This document shows positions 63,254 to 64,000 of a stretch of DNA of 64,000 bases, piece by piece; the stretch's first letter is position 1; each line of letters starts with the position of its first letter. The position numbers and the translations under genes were made by a program. The notes beneath the pieces were generated by a model, which was given only the letters and a program-made list of their open reading frames with translations, had not been told where the DNA came from and did not search any database. Origin of the DNA: Candidatus Omnitrophota bacterium (lineage in GTDB: Bacteria; Omnitrophota; Gorgyraeia; Zapsychrales; Fredricksoniimonadaceae); contig PEAF01000001.1 of the NCBI GenBank assembly GCA_002753465.1, positions 5,455 through 69,454 of the forward strand, in the 5' to 3' direction.

Positions 63254-63296
63254 TAAACGGTGTTCTTTGTCTTTATGTCATTAAGATGAAAGTTGT

Positions 63297-63980
63297 TTAT
63301 GGCGAAGGTTTGTTGAGGATAATGACAGGTTTCAGATCAGCCCGTAACCATGCCAGGAGTTGACGTAAGTTCCTTTGGTTCAAGGCTACGCACCCTGCCG
63401 TTGGTTTAAGGCCGTGATCGCGCCATATATGGATGAAGATAGCACTGCCGTTGCCAGGAATAACAGGTGATGTATTGTATTCAATAACGGCACCGATATC
63501 ATACAGTCCATCGGGACGCAGCATATTTTCGAAAGAGGTTGCCTGTGTCGGCGCACTTACCCATTGGTTATATTGAGTGGAGTTCACATCATCAACCCAT
63601 AGATCGTTGGCCCTTGTCTGACGGTAAGTGAGCCCTGTATTAATTTGGGAGGCTTTGCCAAAAGCCAGGCCAATGGGGTAAGTACCCGATGGCGTTCGCC
63701 CGTCGCCTTCTTTCTTTTCATTTATAGGTGCGAAGCCATTGCGACCTACGGCGACGGGCCACGGACCAAAACATCTGTGCCAGTTGCGGTTTTTATATGC
63801 CCATGCGGTCAGCGTCGCCTTGAAGGGTACTTTGTTTGAAGGGGTTACCGCGAGAACTTGTCTGGGAGTGGATGGATCGACCAAAAGAGCCTTGAAGTAT
63901 GCAGGCGGTGTTAACCTGGCGCATGATGAACAAATGAGCATCAGTGAGAATATGCTGAGGCTGCGAATAGAAAAATGCAT
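63297..63980 (-). CDS. L,D-transpeptidase (YkuD-fold) family protein
   Basis: Signal peptide or lipoprotein-like start (..LMLICSSCA). The catalytic context is GSAIFIHIW....KPTAGCVAL (His ... Cys). Confidence 0.8.
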   Translation of the reverse strand: MHFSIRSLSIFSLMLICSSCARLTPPAYFKALLVDPSTPRQVLAVTPSNKVPFKATLTAWAYKNRNWHRCFGPWPVAVGRNGFAPINEKKEGDGRTPSGTYPIGLAFGKASQINTGLTYRQTRANDLWVDDVNSTQYNQWVSAPTQATSFENMLRPDGLYDIGAVIEYNTSPVIPGNGSAIFIHIWRDHGLKPTAGCVALNQRNLRQLLAWLRADLKPVIILNKPSP

Positions 63981-64000
63981 GGTTATCCCTTGTTAGATTT

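Noticed and set aside
928-63996. More than 100 short ORFs (60-200 aa) in the track that lie inside or antisense to the longer genes, for example 928-1122, 5282-5536, 6328-6843, 15507-16088, 17204-17803, 26557-27165, 31461-32000, 34739-35236 and 35385-35888.
   Set aside because: Each is nested in, or antisense to, an ORF with clear family motifs. Their translations are low-complexity or Arg/Ser/Pro-rich, as expected for off-frame reading, and none has a convincing RBS.
1-64000. I looked for CRISPR arrays, tRNA/rRNA genes, transposases, integrases, phage genes, toxin-antitoxin pairs, reverse transcriptases and known defence-system hallmarks.
   Set aside because: I saw no spaced direct-repeat arrays, no cloverleaf-like or rRNA-like segments in the intergenic regions, and no ORF with transposase, integrase, RT or nuclease-NTPase defence motifs. 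Absence was judged by eye only. tRNAscan-SE, Infernal and DefenseFinder or PADLOC runs would be the decisive checks.

Overview
This is a 64-kb chromosomal segment with about 70 protein-coding genes. I found no rRNA, tRNA, CRISPR array, transposase or integrase by eye. Gene content points to an anaerobic bacterium, but I cannot place it taxonomically from this window. That content includes an Ech-type [NiFe] hydrogenase, ferredoxin, five radical SAM enzymes, an ECF-type CbiMQO transporter and many single-domain response regulators.

Gene order, left to right:
- 1-8 kb: 3' end of an Fe/Mn SOD, echABCDEF, ilvN and ilvB (minus strand), ferredoxin.
- 8-14 kb: ECF sigma factor, anti-sigma factor, DUF4349 protein, a B12-type radical SAM enzyme, and a 684-aa secreted protein with an AT-rich 3' third.
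- 14-27 kb: acnA, leuC, leuD, aroC, an SDR oxidoreductase, a cNMP-binding/ParA-like/patatin fusion, a cupin, YjbQ, a hybrid histidine kinase with a Cys-rich module, an S4-domain protein and DUF3820.
- 27-38 kb: TonB-dependent receptor, orphan family-5 binding protein, rSAM/SPASM maturase, ABC exporter, Cache histidine kinase, AraC-type response regulator, a REC-only protein and three tandem small paralogs.
- 38-43 kb: CoA-binding protein, mutY, NAD kinase and a HAD hydrolase (minus strand), two secreted proteins, queH.
- 43-64 kb: a long minus-strand array with two tandem membrane-embedded B12-type radical SAM paralogs, a DUF6941-like protein, GHL10, DUF2062, REC, SUI1, another radical SAM enzyme and two more REC genes. 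It continues with a metal-homeostasis block (NRAMP, soluble MgtE_N-CBS protein, Nox-like flavoprotein, CbiO/Q/M, a Zn/Mn-type ABC importer, a Fur-family regulator) and an L,D-transpeptidase.

Best candidates for something undescribed:
1. The operon ending in the duplicated membrane-fused B12-type radical SAM enzymes (44.2-50.0 kb).
2. The produce, export, sense and re-import module around the rSAM/SPASM maturase (27.4-37.6 kb). It has no annotated precursor and is bracketed by an imperfect direct repeat of about 110 nt.
3. A structured, covarying palindromic repeat of about 95-99 nt, present twice (ilvB-ilvN spacer and acnA-leuC spacer).

All calls come from reading the translations and the DNA by eye. 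No searches were run.
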